The notes under the pieces are model-generated. The model made no database searches. It worked only from the letters and a program-made list of their open reading frames with translations, and was not told where the DNA came from. 64,000 nt of DNA. It comes from Clostridiales bacterium (lineage in GTDB: Bacteria; Bacillota; Clostridia; Lachnospirales; WRAX01). Below, one piece after another: positions 12,727 through 22,952 of this stretch (positions are counted from its first letter, which is position 1; each line of letters starts with the position of its first letter). The position numbers were made by a program, and so were the translations under genes. The stretch is from assembly GCA_031265685.1 (NCBI GenBank), contig JAISCI010000045.1, forward strand, positions 15,467 to 79,466, given 5' to 3'.

Positions 12727-12734
12727 TCCAAAGT

Positions 12735-12803
12735 GATTTTCGCCCGGATCACGCGAAAATTCTTGAGGTAATTTTCGCTTGGACCCGCGAAAATTCTTGA
12801 GGT
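12735..12803 (+). repeat. two tandem ~35-bp hairpin units in the V-ATPase 5' UTR
   Basis: GATTTTCGC-ccggatcac-GCGAAAATTCTTGAGGT followed by AATTTTCGC-ttggacccg-CGAAAATTCTTGAGGT. Same unit type as 63203-63268. Confidence 0.85.
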
Positions 12804-12830
12804 TACTGAATTGAGATTGGGTGTGGTTTC

Positions 12831-13160
12831 TTGATCATCAATCAGATTTTTGTGGATGTGGAGAAAGCTGAAGCTGAAGCGGACGCCATCATCAGTCAGG
12901 GACGCGCGGACGCCGACCGGATCGTCGCGGAAGCGCGGGCCGAAGCCGCGCGGCTCGTGACCGAGGCAGAAACCGAAGCTTTCGCCGCCGCTCGGCGGTC
13001 GGCGGAAACGTCTGAGGACGAGGCTAGGGGCGCACTGGCTGAAGCCGAGACCGAAGCCGCCGCGGACACCGCGGCCGCGGCGGCCCTAGCCGACAAGCGG
13101 ATGGACATAGCCGCCGAAGCCGTCATAAGGGAGGTGGTCGCCGCGTATGGCCATCGTTAA
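12831..13160 (+). CDS. V/A-type ATPase peripheral-stalk subunit (G/H-like, Ala/Glu coiled coil)
   Basis: 109 aa, Ala/Glu/Arg-rich helical sequence (EKAEAEADAII..AEARAEAARLV). It is first in the ntp operon and overlaps the ntpI start. The TTG start and its exact position are uncertain. Confidence 0.6.
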   Translation: MIINQIFVDVEKAEAEADAIISQGRADADRIVAEARAEAARLVTEAETEAFAAARRSAETSEDEARGALAEAETEAAADTAAAAALADKRMDIAAEAVIREVVAAYGHR

Positions 13161-15042
13161 AATGGCGAAAGCGGCCATAGTCGGCCTGGCGGGGGACCGC
13201 ATCCGTATCCTGGGGCGGCTCTGCGACCTCGGCTTCGTCCAAATCGAGGATCCGGAAGATCCCCCCGAGGGTTCGGACACGTCCGCCGCTCGGCGGAAGC
13301 TCTCGACGGAGCTGGACGGCGCGAGGAAGCGTCTCACGGTCGTCAGCAAGGCGATCGGGATAGCCGGGGAATACGCGCGGGTCAGAACGGGCTTGTTCGC
13401 CGAGCCTCCCGCGTTCAATCCTGACGCGGACGAGAACGCCCTGTTCGATCAGGCGCGGAGCCTCATCGACGCGTCGGATGCGCTCGCCGACGTCCGCGAG
13501 CGTTTCGCGGAGGCGGAGCGCGCCCGCGAGAGCCATACCCCTTGGATATCCGTGCACAAATCGCGCCAAGCCGCGCAGTCTAAGCGGGCGCGGTTTGAGG
13601 GCGCCAGCTTCCCCGCCGTGGCGGATATGGACGCGGCCGAGAAGGCTGTCCGTGAATCGGGCCTCGCCGGGGAAATACCGGTTGTGTGGGAGGATAAATT
13701 CCGCAAATATGTCGTCGTCGGAGCGTACAGACCGGATTTCGACGCGCTGATCAAACTGCTGGAGCCGTTCGGCCTCACCATAATAGACGTACCCTATGAC
13801 GGCGCGACGCCGCTGGAAGCCCGGAGGAAGAACCGGGAGGAACAGTCCGCGCTGCTATGCGAGATGGACGCGCTGCGCGAGCGCGCGGAGGAGCTTTCGC
13901 TGCTCAAACCCGACTTCGAGAACTTGTACGACGTAATATCCGCCGAGGCCGACCGTCTGGCCGAGTCCGAAAAACTGCTCTACTCAAAGAGCGCGTTCGT
14001 CGTCTCCGGCTGGATCCCGGACGGGGAGGGCGAGCGGCTGTCGCGGGAAATGAGTCTGCTCGGCGCCTGGGCGCGCGTCTATCCGCCGGACGAGGGCGAA
14101 ACGCCGCCGACATTCTTCAAAAACAACCGTTTTGTCGAGCCTTTCCAGGAAATAACGGCGATGTACAGCTACCCCGGCCCGTCGGACGCCGATCCCAACC
14201 CGATGCTGGCCGTGTTCTACTTCATCTTTTACGGTATCATGCTCGGCGACGCGGCTTATGGGCTTATCATGACGATCGGTCTGGGCGCGTTCGCCTGGCT
14301 CAGGAAATTCCGGCGCGGCGAGGGCGGGCTGATCAAGCTGCTCGCCATCTGCGGCGTATCGACGGCGCTGGCCGGCCTGCTGATGAACAGTTTCTTCGGC
14401 TACGCTATACCGGGTTTACCGCGCCTGATCGATCCGATGACGGACGTTATGCTTATGCTCGGGCTGTCGCTCGCGGCGGGCATCGTTCACATCTTCGCCG
14501 GTATGGGGATGAAGGCATATACCCTCATCAGGAGCGGTCGCGCGCGGGACGCGGTGTTTGACGTTTTCTTCTGGTATATTTTCATAGCGGGCGCCTGCTG
14601 TCTGTGCCTGCCGATGGTCGCGCCTGGATTTTCATACCTTTCGCGGCCCGGCCTGTGGCTGTTCGCGGTCGGAGCCTTGCTTATCTTCCTCACGGCGGGG
14701 CGGGACGCGAAGGGCTTCGGAAAGGTAACGGGGGGGCTTGGCGCGCTCTACGGCATAACGGCCTACGCCGGGGACATACTCAGCTACTCGCGCATTCTGG
14801 CGCTGTGTCTCACGACCGCGGTCATATCATACGTCGTCAATATCCTCGCGGGTATGATGGGTCCGTTCGGCGTAATCGTGTGGCTGATAGGGCACACGGT
14901 CAACTTCCTCGTGAACGCCCTCGGCACATACGTCCACACCAGCCGGCTGCATTACGTCGAGTTCTTCGGCAAGTTCTACGAGGGCGGCGGCAGGCCGTTC
15001 ACGCCGTTCCGGCGCAGAACGCGCTATACCAAAACAACATAA
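13147..15042 (+). CDS. ntpI: V/A-type ATPase subunit I (a-like stator/proton channel)
   Basis: 631 aa. Soluble N-terminal half plus multi-TM C-terminal half, with the conserved Arg context ILSYSRILALCL. Confidence 0.9.
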   Translation: MAIVKMAKAAIVGLAGDRIRILGRLCDLGFVQIEDPEDPPEGSDTSAARRKLSTELDGARKRLTVVSKAIGIAGEYARVRTGLFAEPPAFNPDADENALFDQARSLIDASDALADVRERFAEAERARESHTPWISVHKSRQAAQSKRARFEGASFPAVADMDAAEKAVRESGLAGEIPVVWEDKFRKYVVVGAYRPDFDALIKLLEPFGLTIIDVPYDGATPLEARRKNREEQSALLCEMDALRERAEELSLLKPDFENLYDVISAEADRLAESEKLLYSKSAFVVSGWIPDGEGERLSREMSLLGAWARVYPPDEGETPPTFFKNNRFVEPFQEITAMYSYPGPSDADPNPMLAVFYFIFYGIMLGDAAYGLIMTIGLGAFAWLRKFRRGEGGLIKLLAICGVSTALAGLLMNSFFGYAIPGLPRLIDPMTDVMLMLGLSLAAGIVHIFAGMGMKAYTLIRSGRARDAVFDVFFWYIFIAGACCLCLPMVAPGFSYLSRPGLWLFAVGALLIFLTAGRDAKGFGKVTGGLGALYGITAYAGDILSYSRILALCLTTAVISYVVNILAGMMGPFGVIVWLIGHTVNFLVNALGTYVHTSRLHYVEFFGKFYEGGGRPFTPFRRRTRYTKTT

Positions 15043-15555
<513 letters not shown>

Positions 15556-15556
15556 C

Positions 15557-16132
15557 ATGGATCGCATCACAAACGCGATACTCCAAGGCGCCCGCGCCCA
15601 GGCCGAAACCATCGTCGCCGGCGCCCGCGCGAAAGCCGCCGAGATCCTTGCCGAAGCCCGCGGGAGGGCGCGGGAGAGTTCCGGCGCGATAGCCGCCGAG
15701 GCCGCGAAACAGGCCGAAGCCATCCGTCTGCGGGGCGGCTCCGCGGCGAAAATGTCTTCATCCAGAAAACTGCTTGCCGGACGGCGCGCCAGTGTCGAGA
15801 GGGCTGTCGCCCTCGCGCAGATCAGGCTGTCCGCCCTGCCCGAGACCGATCCCGACGCTTATCTGCGCCTGCTGTCGGCCATGGCGAAGTCGGCGGGGGC
15901 TTCCGCGAACGCGGTCGTAACGGTGGGCGGCGGCGACCGGGCGGCAGCCGAGATGTTCGAGAGCGAAGGCTATACAGTCCGCCGCGCGGAGTATCCCGCC
16001 CCCGGGTTTATCCTCACGGACGGCGATATCGAGTATAACTGCGTCTTTCCGGCGATATTCGAGGCGAACCGCGAAGCGGCGGAAACGGCGGCGGCGGCGG
16101 CCCTCTTCGGCGAGGGCGGGGGGCGGCCATGA
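15557..16132 (+). CDS. ntpE: V/A-type ATPase subunit E
   Basis: ATG 15557 (MDRITNAILQGARAQAE..) is preferred over the ORF-track start 15527. Ala-rich coiled-coil N-terminus plus a globular C-terminus; position between K and C. Confidence 0.8.
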   Translation: MDRITNAILQGARAQAETIVAGARAKAAEILAEARGRARESSGAIAAEAAKQAEAIRLRGGSAAKMSSSRKLLAGRRASVERAVALAQIRLSALPETDPDAYLRLLSAMAKSAGASANAVVTVGGGDRAAAEMFESEGYTVRRAEYPAPGFILTDGDIEYNCVFPAIFEANREAAETAAAAALFGEGGGRP

Positions 16133-17028
16133 GGACGGAAAAGCCGAAGGAATACCCGTACGCGGTCGGCAGGTTACGCGTCATCGAGAAGGGTATGCTT
16201 GACGGCGCGGCGATCGCTCGCGCAGCCGAGTGCGCTTCCGCCGACGAGGCGTTCCGGCTGCTTGCCGAGGCGGGCTACGACGTATCCGGCGGGAACGCCG
16301 ACGCGGCGGCCTCCGCCGAATACGCGAAGCTGACCGCGCTGATCCGCTCGCTGATACCGGATGAGCGGCGCGTGCTGTCCGTTCTGTTCGGCAGGAACGA
16401 CTACCATAACGCGAAGCTCCGCGTCAAGTCGCGCGTCGCGGGCGGCGGCGCCGGATATGAGCTGCCGGGAGGGTTCGCGGACGAGGAAGCCCTGGACGGC
16501 GCGGAGCGCGAAGCGTCCGACGCTTACGCCCGTTCCGGCGATCCGCGCGTAATCGACATAGCGCTGGACCGAGCCGCCCTCGGGCGAATGGCCGAAGACG
16601 CGGCGGCCACGGGCGATTCCTTCCTTACAGAATACGCGCGTATCGTCGTTGACTGCGCGAATATATCGGCGTTTACGCGGACTGATTTGTGGGCGGGCTT
16701 CGCGGCGGCGTTCGCGCCGGGCGGGGAACTGCCGCTGTCTTTCTTTAAGTCCGCGTTCCAATCGGATAACAAAGCCCGGGCGCTTGCTCCGACGCATTAC
16801 GCCTCGCTGGTATCCGGCGCGGCGGGCGATCTGGACCGCGCGCGGGACGCTCTGCTGATTCGGCTGGCGAAATCCGTCAAAGCGGAGACTATATCGTTCC
16901 GGCCCGTGGCCGCTTACGCCATCGGCAAAGAGATTGAGATCCGGAACGTCCGGCTGGCGCTGCTGGCGCCCGTGGCAAAGATCGCGGCGGAGGCCGTCAA
17001 GGGGGCGCTGAGGGAAGCTTATGTATAA
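16129..17028 (+). CDS. ntpC: V/A-type ATPase subunit C (d-like)
   Basis: 299 aa. The YPYAVGRLRVIEKGML N-terminus and operon position are typical of NtpC. Confidence 0.8.
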   Translation: MRTEKPKEYPYAVGRLRVIEKGMLDGAAIARAAECASADEAFRLLAEAGYDVSGGNADAAASAEYAKLTALIRSLIPDERRVLSVLFGRNDYHNAKLRVKSRVAGGGAGYELPGGFADEEALDGAEREASDAYARSGDPRVIDIALDRAALGRMAEDAAATGDSFLTEYARIVVDCANISAFTRTDLWAGFAAAFAPGGELPLSFFKSAFQSDNKARALAPTHYASLVSGAAGDLDRARDALLIRLAKSVKAETISFRPVAAYAIGKEIEIRNVRLALLAPVAKIAAEAVKGALREAYV

Positions 17029-17326
17029 AGTTGGCGTTATCGGCTCGCGCGAGACGGTTTCGGGTTTCGGGGCGATCGGGTTCCGGGCGGAGTTCGCCGA
17101 GAGCGCGGACGAGGCTCGGGCGGTCGCCGCCAGGCTCGTCCGCGAATGCGCTATAATATTCGTAACCGAGGACATATACGTCCTCGCGCCGGATATAGCG
17201 GCGGCGTACCGCGAGGCGGCGACCCCGGCGGTCGTCGTTATCCCGGGCGCGGGCGGGGGAAGAGGCATCGGGCTTGAGGAGCTTCGCCGGACCGCGCTGC
17301 GCGCCACCGGGATGGATATACTGTAA
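17021..17326 (+). CDS. ntpF: V/A-type ATPase subunit F
   Basis: 101 aa beginning MYKVGVIGSRETVSGFGAIGF; position before A. Confidence 0.85.
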   Translation: MYKVGVIGSRETVSGFGAIGFRAEFAESADEARAVAARLVRECAIIFVTEDIYVLAPDIAAAYREAATPAVVVIPGAGGGRGIGLEELRRTALRATGMDIL

Positions 17327-17332
17327 ATGTCC

Positions 17333-17416
17333 TTGTAAACGCCATTGTAAACGCTATTGTAAACGCCATTGTAAACGCCCTGAAGCCGGCGTTTACAGAG
17401 CCGGCGTTTCACAGAG
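17333..17416 (+). repeat. intercistronic 12-nt direct repeats x4 followed by two inverted copies (ntpF|ntpA)
   Basis: TTGTAAACGCCA/TTGTAAACGCTA/TTGTAAACGCCA/TTGTAAACGCCC (17333-17380), then CCGGCGTTTACAGAG (17386-17400) and CCGGCGTTTCACAGAG (17401-17416). TGTAAACGCC and GGCGTTTACA form a perfect 10-bp stem. Confidence 0.9.
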
Positions 17417-17421
17417 GGGGT

Positions 17422-17443
17422 TCGGGGGACGGCAGTCCCCCGA
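17422..17443 (+). promoter_or_regulatory. GC-rich stem-loop just upstream of the ntpA SD
   Basis: TCGGGGGAC-ggca-GTCCCCCGA (9-bp stem). No U-tract follows. The SD AAAGGGG and ATG 17468 lie downstream. Confidence 0.6.
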
Positions 17444-17467
17444 CTTAAATAATAAAGGGGAAAAAAT

Positions 17468-19240
17468 ATGGCGGAAGGCAGAATCGTGAAAGTATCGGGG
17501 CCGCTGGTCGTCGCCGAGGGAATGAGAGACGCGAACATGTTCGACGTTGTTCGCGTGTCGGATATGAACCTCATCGGCGAGATAATCGAGATGCGGGGCG
17601 ATCTGGCCTCTATACAGGTATATGAGGAAACGAGCGGGCTTGGCCCCGGGGAGAGCGTCGTTTCGACCGGAGCGCCCATGAGCGTCGAGCTTGGCCCGGG
17701 CATGATCTCGACTATTTACGACGGCATCCAGCGCCCGATGGAAAAGCTCTACGCCCAAACCGGCGATCTGATAGCGCGCGGAGCCGCCGCCGAAGCCTTC
17801 GACCGCGAGAAGCGATGGACGTTCACGGCGTCCGTGAAAGCGGGGGACGCCGTCGCCGCGGGCGGCATAATCGGCTCCGTGCGCGAGACGCCCGTCGTCG
17901 AATGCAGGATCATGGCGCCGCCCGGCGTGTCCGGGATTGTCAAAGAGATTAAGTCCGGAGATTTCACCGTGACGGATACCGTGGCTGTTATAACGGACGG
18001 CTCGGGAGCGGACATACCCGTCACCATGACGCAGCGCTGGCCCGTCCGGCGCGAGCGGCCCTATGCCCGCAAGCTGATGCCGGACGCGCCGCTTATCACC
18101 GGGCAGCGCGTTATCGACACGTTCTTCCCGATAGCGCGAGGCGGCGTGGCGGCCATCCCCGGGCCTTTCGGCAGCGGCAAGACCGTTACCCAGCACCAGC
18201 TCGCCAAGTGGTCGGACGTGGATATAGTCGTCTATATCGGCTGCGGCGAGCGCGGCAACGAGATGACCGACGTGCTGCTCGAGTTTCCCGAGCTTAAGGA
18301 TCCGCGAACGGGCGAATCGCTGATGAACCGCACCGTGCTGATCGCGAACACGTCCAACATGCCCGTGGCCGCGCGGGAGGCTTCCATTTATACCGGCATA
18401 ACGATCGCCGAGTTCTACCGCGACATGGGCTACAACGTCGCGCTGATGGCCGACTCGACGAGCCGCTGGGCCGAGGCGCTGCGCGAGATGAGCGGCCGCC
18501 TGGAGGAAATGCCCGGCGAGGAGGGTTATCCCGCCTATCTTGGCAGCCGTCTGGCGCAGTTCTATGAGCGCGCGGGACGCGTGGAATGCCTGGGCGGCGG
18601 CAGGTTCGGCACAATATCCGCTATCGGCGCGGTGTCACCGCCGGGCGGGGACACCAGCGAGCCGGTCAGCCAGGCGACGCTTCGCATCGTCAAGGTATTC
18701 TGGGGGCTGGACGCGCAGCTGGCGTATAAGCGGCATTTCCCGGCCATCAACTGGCTGGCCAGCTATTCCCTATATCAGCGCATGGGCGATATGTGGCTGG
18801 ACGCGAACGTATCGCCGGATTTCTCGAAGAACCGGATCGAGTCCATGCGCCTGCTGCAGACCGAGGCCGAGCTGAACGAGATAGTCCAGCTCGTCGGCGT
18901 TGACAGCCTGTCCGGGGCCGACCGGCTGATACTTGAGACGGCGCGGTCGATCCGCGAGGACTTTCTGCACCAGAACTCCTTCGACGAGGTGGACACGTAC
19001 ACGTCGCCGGGCAAGCAGGCGCGTATGCTGGGGCTTATCATGAAGTTCCACCGCCTCGCGCGCGACGTTATCGCGGCGGGCGCCTCAATCCACGGCATTA
19101 TCGCGCTGCGCTCGCGGGAGCAGGTCAGCCGCGCCAAGTACGCCGCCGAGGACAAGTACGCGGCGGAATACGACGCGATCGAAGCCTTTATGGAATCCGA
19201 GCTGGCGGCGCTGGCGCCGGGGAAGGAGACGGTCGTATGA
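17468..19240 (+). CDS. ntpA: V/A-type ATPase catalytic subunit A
   Basis: 590 aa with Walker A GPFGSGKT and overall collinearity with A subunits. Confidence 0.95.
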   Translation: MAEGRIVKVSGPLVVAEGMRDANMFDVVRVSDMNLIGEIIEMRGDLASIQVYEETSGLGPGESVVSTGAPMSVELGPGMISTIYDGIQRPMEKLYAQTGDLIARGAAAEAFDREKRWTFTASVKAGDAVAAGGIIGSVRETPVVECRIMAPPGVSGIVKEIKSGDFTVTDTVAVITDGSGADIPVTMTQRWPVRRERPYARKLMPDAPLITGQRVIDTFFPIARGGVAAIPGPFGSGKTVTQHQLAKWSDVDIVVYIGCGERGNEMTDVLLEFPELKDPRTGESLMNRTVLIANTSNMPVAAREASIYTGITIAEFYRDMGYNVALMADSTSRWAEALREMSGRLEEMPGEEGYPAYLGSRLAQFYERAGRVECLGGGRFGTISAIGAVSPPGGDTSEPVSQATLRIVKVFWGLDAQLAYKRHFPAINWLASYSLYQRMGDMWLDANVSPDFSKNRIESMRLLQTEAELNEIVQLVGVDSLSGADRLILETARSIREDFLHQNSFDEVDTYTSPGKQARMLGLIMKFHRLARDVIAAGASIHGIIALRSREQVSRAKYAAEDKYAAEYDAIEAFMESELAALAPGKETVV

Positions 19241-20613
19241 TAAAGGAATACCGCACGATTCAGGAAGTGGCCGGGCCGCTCATGCTCGTTACCGGTGTGT
19301 CCGGCGTCAAATATGACGAGATGGGCCGGATCGAGCTGGCGAACGGCGAGACGCGCCGCTGCCGCGTGCTGGAGGTTAACCGCGGCTCGGCGCTGGTTCA
19401 GCTGTTCGAGTCGGCGGCGGGGATCAATCTGGCTGAAAGTAAGGTGCGCTTCCTCGGCAAGAGTCTGGATTTCGGCGTTTCCCCGGACATACTGGGACGC
19501 GTGTACAACGGCATGGGCCATCCTATCGACGGCGGCCCGGAAATCATCCCCGAAAAGCGGCTCGACGTGAACGGCGCGCCGATCAACCCCTCCGCGCGGG
19601 ATTATCCGTCGGAATTTATCCAGACGGGCGTTTCCGCTATCGACGGGCTGAACACGCTGGTGCGCGGACAGAAACTGCCGATATTCTCGGGCAGCGGATT
19701 GCCGCACGCCAATTTGGCCGTCCAGATCGCGCGTCAGGCGAAAGTGCTGGGCGCTAATGAGAACTTCGCCGTCGTGTTCGCCGCCGTCGGCATAACGTTT
19801 GAGGACGCGGACTATTTCATCAGCGATTTCCGCGACACGGGCGCGATAGACCGTTCCGTCGTGTTCGTAAACCTGGCGAACGATCCGGCCGTCGAGCGTA
19901 TCGCGACGCCGCGCCTGGCGCTGACAGCCGCTGAGTACCTCGCGTTCGATCTGGATATGCACGTGCTCGTGATCATCACGGATATAACCAACTACGCCGA
20001 GGCGCTGCGCGAGGTTTCCGCGGCGAAGAAGGAGGTGCCCGGTCGGCGCGGCTACCCGGGATACCTCTACACCGATTTGGCCATGCTGTACGAGCGGGCG
20101 GGGCGCGTAAAAGGCAAGCGCGGCTCGATCACGATGATCCCGATACTCACGATGCCTGAGGACGACAAAACCCACCCGATCCCCGACCTGACGGGCTACA
20201 TCACCGAGGGGCAGATAATCCTCAGCCGCGACCTATACAAGAAGGGCATACAGCCGCCGGTGGATGTGCTGCCGTCGCTCTCGCGCCTGAAGGATAAGGG
20301 TATCGGCATGGGCAAGACGCGCGAGGACCACGCCGACACGATGAACCAGCTTTTCGCGGCGTATTCGCGCGGCAAGGACGCGAAGGAACTGGCGACGATC
20401 CTCGGCGAGTCGGCGCTCAGCGAGACCGACCGGAAATACGCGGCTTTCGCCGAGGCCTTCGAGGACGAGTACGTGTCGCAGGGATTCACGACCGACCGCG
20501 CGATCGAGGATACGCTCGGCATAGGTTGGAAATTGCTGGCTATGCTGCCTCGGACGGAGTTGAAGCGAGTTAGGGACGCGTATTTGGATAAATACTTGCC
20601 TAATCAGGGATAA
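19237..20613 (+). CDS. ntpB: V/A-type ATPase subunit B
   Basis: 458 aa beginning [18 protein letters not shown], with a [12 protein letters not shown] segment. The start overlaps the ntpA stop. Confidence 0.95.
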   Translation: MIKEYRTIQEVAGPLMLVTGVSGVKYDEMGRIELANGETRRCRVLEVNRGSALVQLFESAAGINLAESKVRFLGKSLDFGVSPDILGRVYNGMGHPIDGGPEIIPEKRLDVNGAPINPSARDYPSEFIQTGVSAIDGLNTLVRGQKLPIFSGSGLPHANLAVQIARQAKVLGANENFAVVFAAVGITFEDADYFISDFRDTGAIDRSVVFVNLANDPAVERIATPRLALTAAEYLAFDLDMHVLVIITDITNYAEALREVSAAKKEVPGRRGYPGYLYTDLAMLYERAGRVKGKRGSITMIPILTMPEDDKTHPIPDLTGYITEGQIILSRDLYKKGIQPPVDVLPSLSRLKDKGIGMGKTREDHADTMNQLFAAYSRGKDAKELATILGESALSETDRKYAAFAEAFEDEYVSQGFTTDRAIEDTLGIGWKLLAMLPRTELKRVRDAYLDKYLPNQG

Positions 20614-20662
20614 TTGGCTGGTGTAAATGTCAACTGAAAAATCACCCACCCAATATAATTGA

Positions 20663-20728
20663 AAAATCACCCACCCCCAAAACAAAGCGCGAGTTTAAGC
20701 GGTCTTCGTTTTGGGGGTGGGTGATTTT
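20663..20728 (+). terminator. large hairpin terminator after ntpB
   Basis: AAAATCACCCACCCCCAAAAC (20663-20683) pairs perfectly with GTTTTGGGGGTGGGTGATTTT (20708-20728), followed by AATTATAT. The left arm is also duplicated at 20636-20652. Confidence 0.65.
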
Positions 20729-20820
20729 AATTATATCGCTATGGTGATTTTTGGAGTAATAAATACAATACTCGGTCGAACCTTGCAGCCTGCGGCAAGG
20801 CTTGGCTGGGTGTGACTTTA

Positions 20821-20955
20821 GAACCTGTATTCATAGATGCAATCGACGTCTTTTCGGCTGATTTCCCGTCGTTCTTTATCAGCCAAAAACTTGCGTACTC
20901 TCCCGGCGGAAAATCATCGCGGAAATCCGCCGATTCCACTAATGAATACAGGTTC
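20821..20955. mobile_element. MITE-like fold-back element, short copy (inverted relative to 3234-3536)
   Basis: Termini are GAACCTGTATTCAT (20821-20834) and ATGAATACAGGTTC (20942-20955). The reverse complement is collinear with both ends of 3234-3536 but lacks the inserted modules. Confidence 0.8.
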
Positions 20956-20982
20956 TTAATTTGGATGTAGCGTAAAGTGCAA

Positions 20983-21087
20983 ATGGACAAAGTAGACCTG
21001 TTTCTCGCGACAAAGGGGAAGTGTTTCCCCGCTGAGAGGATAAACGTATTTCATAGCGGCCGCCCGGAATCCATATTATTAATATAA
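20983..21087 (+). pseudogene. possible N-terminal remnant of a TM2-domain membrane protein gene
   Basis: 34-codon ORF MDKVDLFLATKGKCFPAERINVFHSGRPESILLI. Its start resembles the MDKV..F....GKYFP N-termini I recall for TM2-domain proteins. No TM2 domain follows. Confidence 0.25.
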
Positions 21088-21111
21088 AGCGGTCATTACG
21101 GAGGTATTCCT

Positions 21112-22014
21112 ATGTATCGCCCTGTATTGAGGGAAGGTTCGCGGGTCGGACTGGCGGCGCCGAGCGGACCCGTCGCGCCGGAACGGGCGGACGCGGCCAT
21201 GCTGTCCGTCGAAGCTATGGGCTTTATGCCCGTTCTGGGGCGGCACGCTCTCGCGCGGGACGGCTATCTGGCCGGTACGGACGCGCTCCGCGCCGCCGAT
21301 ATAAACGAGATGTTCGCCGACCCCGCTATCGATGGCATAATAGCGCTTCGGGGCGGGTACGGCGCTCAGCGGATCATACCGCTGCTCGATCTCAATATGA
21401 TAGCGGGCCGCCCGAAGTTTTTCGCCGGGTACAGCGACATAACCGCGCTCATCGCGCTTTGGGGCAAGCTGGGGTTCTGCGCGGCGCATACCCCAATGCC
21501 CGCCACGCAATTCTACCGACTGTACAAAGAGCCGGAGCGTTCCGCGCTCACGCCTGCGGAGAAGACGGCGCTCAGCGTATCCGCGGAGAGCTTCCGGAAG
21601 GCGGCGGCGGGAGTACCCCAAGGGGAGTTCCTGCTCAAGAGCCTTTCGGACGGACACGCCGAAGGTCCGCTGACCGGGGGCAATCTGAGCCTGATAGCGT
21701 CGTCGATCAGGACTCCCTGCGAAATGGATACGCGCGGCAGGATCCTTTTTATAGAAGAAATCGGCGAGGAGCCGTATAAGCTCGACAGGCTGCTGTGGCA
21801 GCTGCGGCAGTCCGGCAAGCTGTCCGAATGCGCGGGGGTGATCTTCGGCGCGTTCACCGATTGCGGCACGGCGGAAGAGGTTATAGCGGACGCCTGCGCC
21901 GGGCTTGGAATACCGGTGGTATCGGGGATGCCCGCCGGGCATACGCTCCCGAATATTTCTCTCATGATGGGCGCGGCGGCGTCCATTGATAACGGCAGTG
22001 TTTTCCTGTCTTGA
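21112..22014 (+). CDS. ldcA: LD-carboxypeptidase (peptidase S66, muramoyltetrapeptide carboxypeptidase)
   Basis: 300 aa with GSRVGLAAPSGPV, the GYSDITAL nucleophile motif and a C-terminal PAGHT motif. Confidence 0.85.
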   Translation: MYRPVLREGSRVGLAAPSGPVAPERADAAMLSVEAMGFMPVLGRHALARDGYLAGTDALRAADINEMFADPAIDGIIALRGGYGAQRIIPLLDLNMIAGRPKFFAGYSDITALIALWGKLGFCAAHTPMPATQFYRLYKEPERSALTPAEKTALSVSAESFRKAAAGVPQGEFLLKSLSDGHAEGPLTGGNLSLIASSIRTPCEMDTRGRILFIEEIGEEPYKLDRLLWQLRQSGKLSECAGVIFGAFTDCGTAEEVIADACAGLGIPVVSGMPAGHTLPNISLMMGAAASIDNGSVFLS

Positions 22015-22030
22015 AAAGGGGGGCGGCGAC

Positions 22031-22840
22031 ATGCCGCAGAATTTCCCGTTTCCTCTGACGGTCGGCGCAACTGTCGCCGCCGTTTACGAACGTCCCGACG
22101 CGTCGTCTAAGCGGGCGGATGAGCTGCCGCTAGGGTGGGGCGTAACGGCGCTGTCGTCGGAAGGCGGTTTTTATGGGATACGGACGCAATACGGCTACAA
22201 GGGATATGTCGCCGCCGCGGATCTGTCCGACTTCGGTCCCGCGCCGCGCGGCGCCGTCCGGCGGACGATAGCGCGCCTGTTCGGAGACGTCGTCGCGTAT
22301 CCCAATATAAAGTCGCCCGTGGCGTCGTCGCTGCCGATGGGCGCGGCTCTGTGGTGCCTTGGCGGCGAGGACGGTTTTACGCGGGTATCGGGCGAGCGCG
22401 GACTCGGCGGGTACGTCGCGGATACGTCCCTTGGCGGCGACGCCTACAGTCCTGTCGGCGACCCGGACGACTTCCGCTCGAGGGTGGTTAAGACGGCGTC
22501 GATGTTTCTCGGCGCTCCGTACCGATGGGGCGGGAAGACCGGCATGGGCGTGGACTGCTCGGGGCTGTGCTTTATGGCGTACTATATGAACGGCTGCGTC
22601 ATATGCCGCGACGCGCGTATGGATCCGAGTTTCCCGGTTCGGTCCGTCCCGCTCGACGAGGCGCGCATGGGGGATCTGCTGTATTTTCCCGGCCACGTGG
22701 CGATGTATCTGGGCGAAGGTAATTTTATCCATTCGTCCGTCAGAAACGGCGGCGTGGCGCTTAACTCGCTGTATCCCGAAAGCGGCTTTTACGCGCCCAA
22801 TCTGGCAGAGAGCCTTATTGTGTCTGGGACGATTTTCTAG
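22031..22840 (+). CDS. NlpC/P60 (C40) cell-wall peptidase with N-terminal SH3-like domains
   Basis: VDCSGLCFMAY (catalytic Cys) and PGHVAMYLGEGNFIHSS (His). ATG 22031 (MPQNFPF) is preferred to the ORF-track start 21986. Confidence 0.85.
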   Translation: MPQNFPFPLTVGATVAAVYERPDASSKRADELPLGWGVTALSSEGGFYGIRTQYGYKGYVAAADLSDFGPAPRGAVRRTIARLFGDVVAYPNIKSPVASSLPMGAALWCLGGEDGFTRVSGERGLGGYVADTSLGGDAYSPVGDPDDFRSRVVKTASMFLGAPYRWGGKTGMGVDCSGLCFMAYYMNGCVICRDARMDPSFPVRSVPLDEARMGDLLYFPGHVAMYLGEGNFIHSSVRNGGVALNSLYPESGFYAPNLAESLIVSGTIF

Positions 22841-22952
22841 GGGCGGCTTGCTTTCCGCGCCGGAACGACGCGCGACTTACGCGAATTCAAATCGCGTAGC
22901 TTGAATAACCGAAAAGCGATACAAGAAAAACGCGCGTCGCCTAAAGCCGCCC

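Noticed and set aside
17333-17416. Could the short direct-repeat arrays (17333-17380; also 30441-30605, 12735-12803, 63203-63268) be CRISPR arrays?
   Set aside because: The units are 12-35 bp and directly abutting, with no unique spacers. The arrays have only 2-6 units, many copies are inverted rather than direct, and no cas genes are present.
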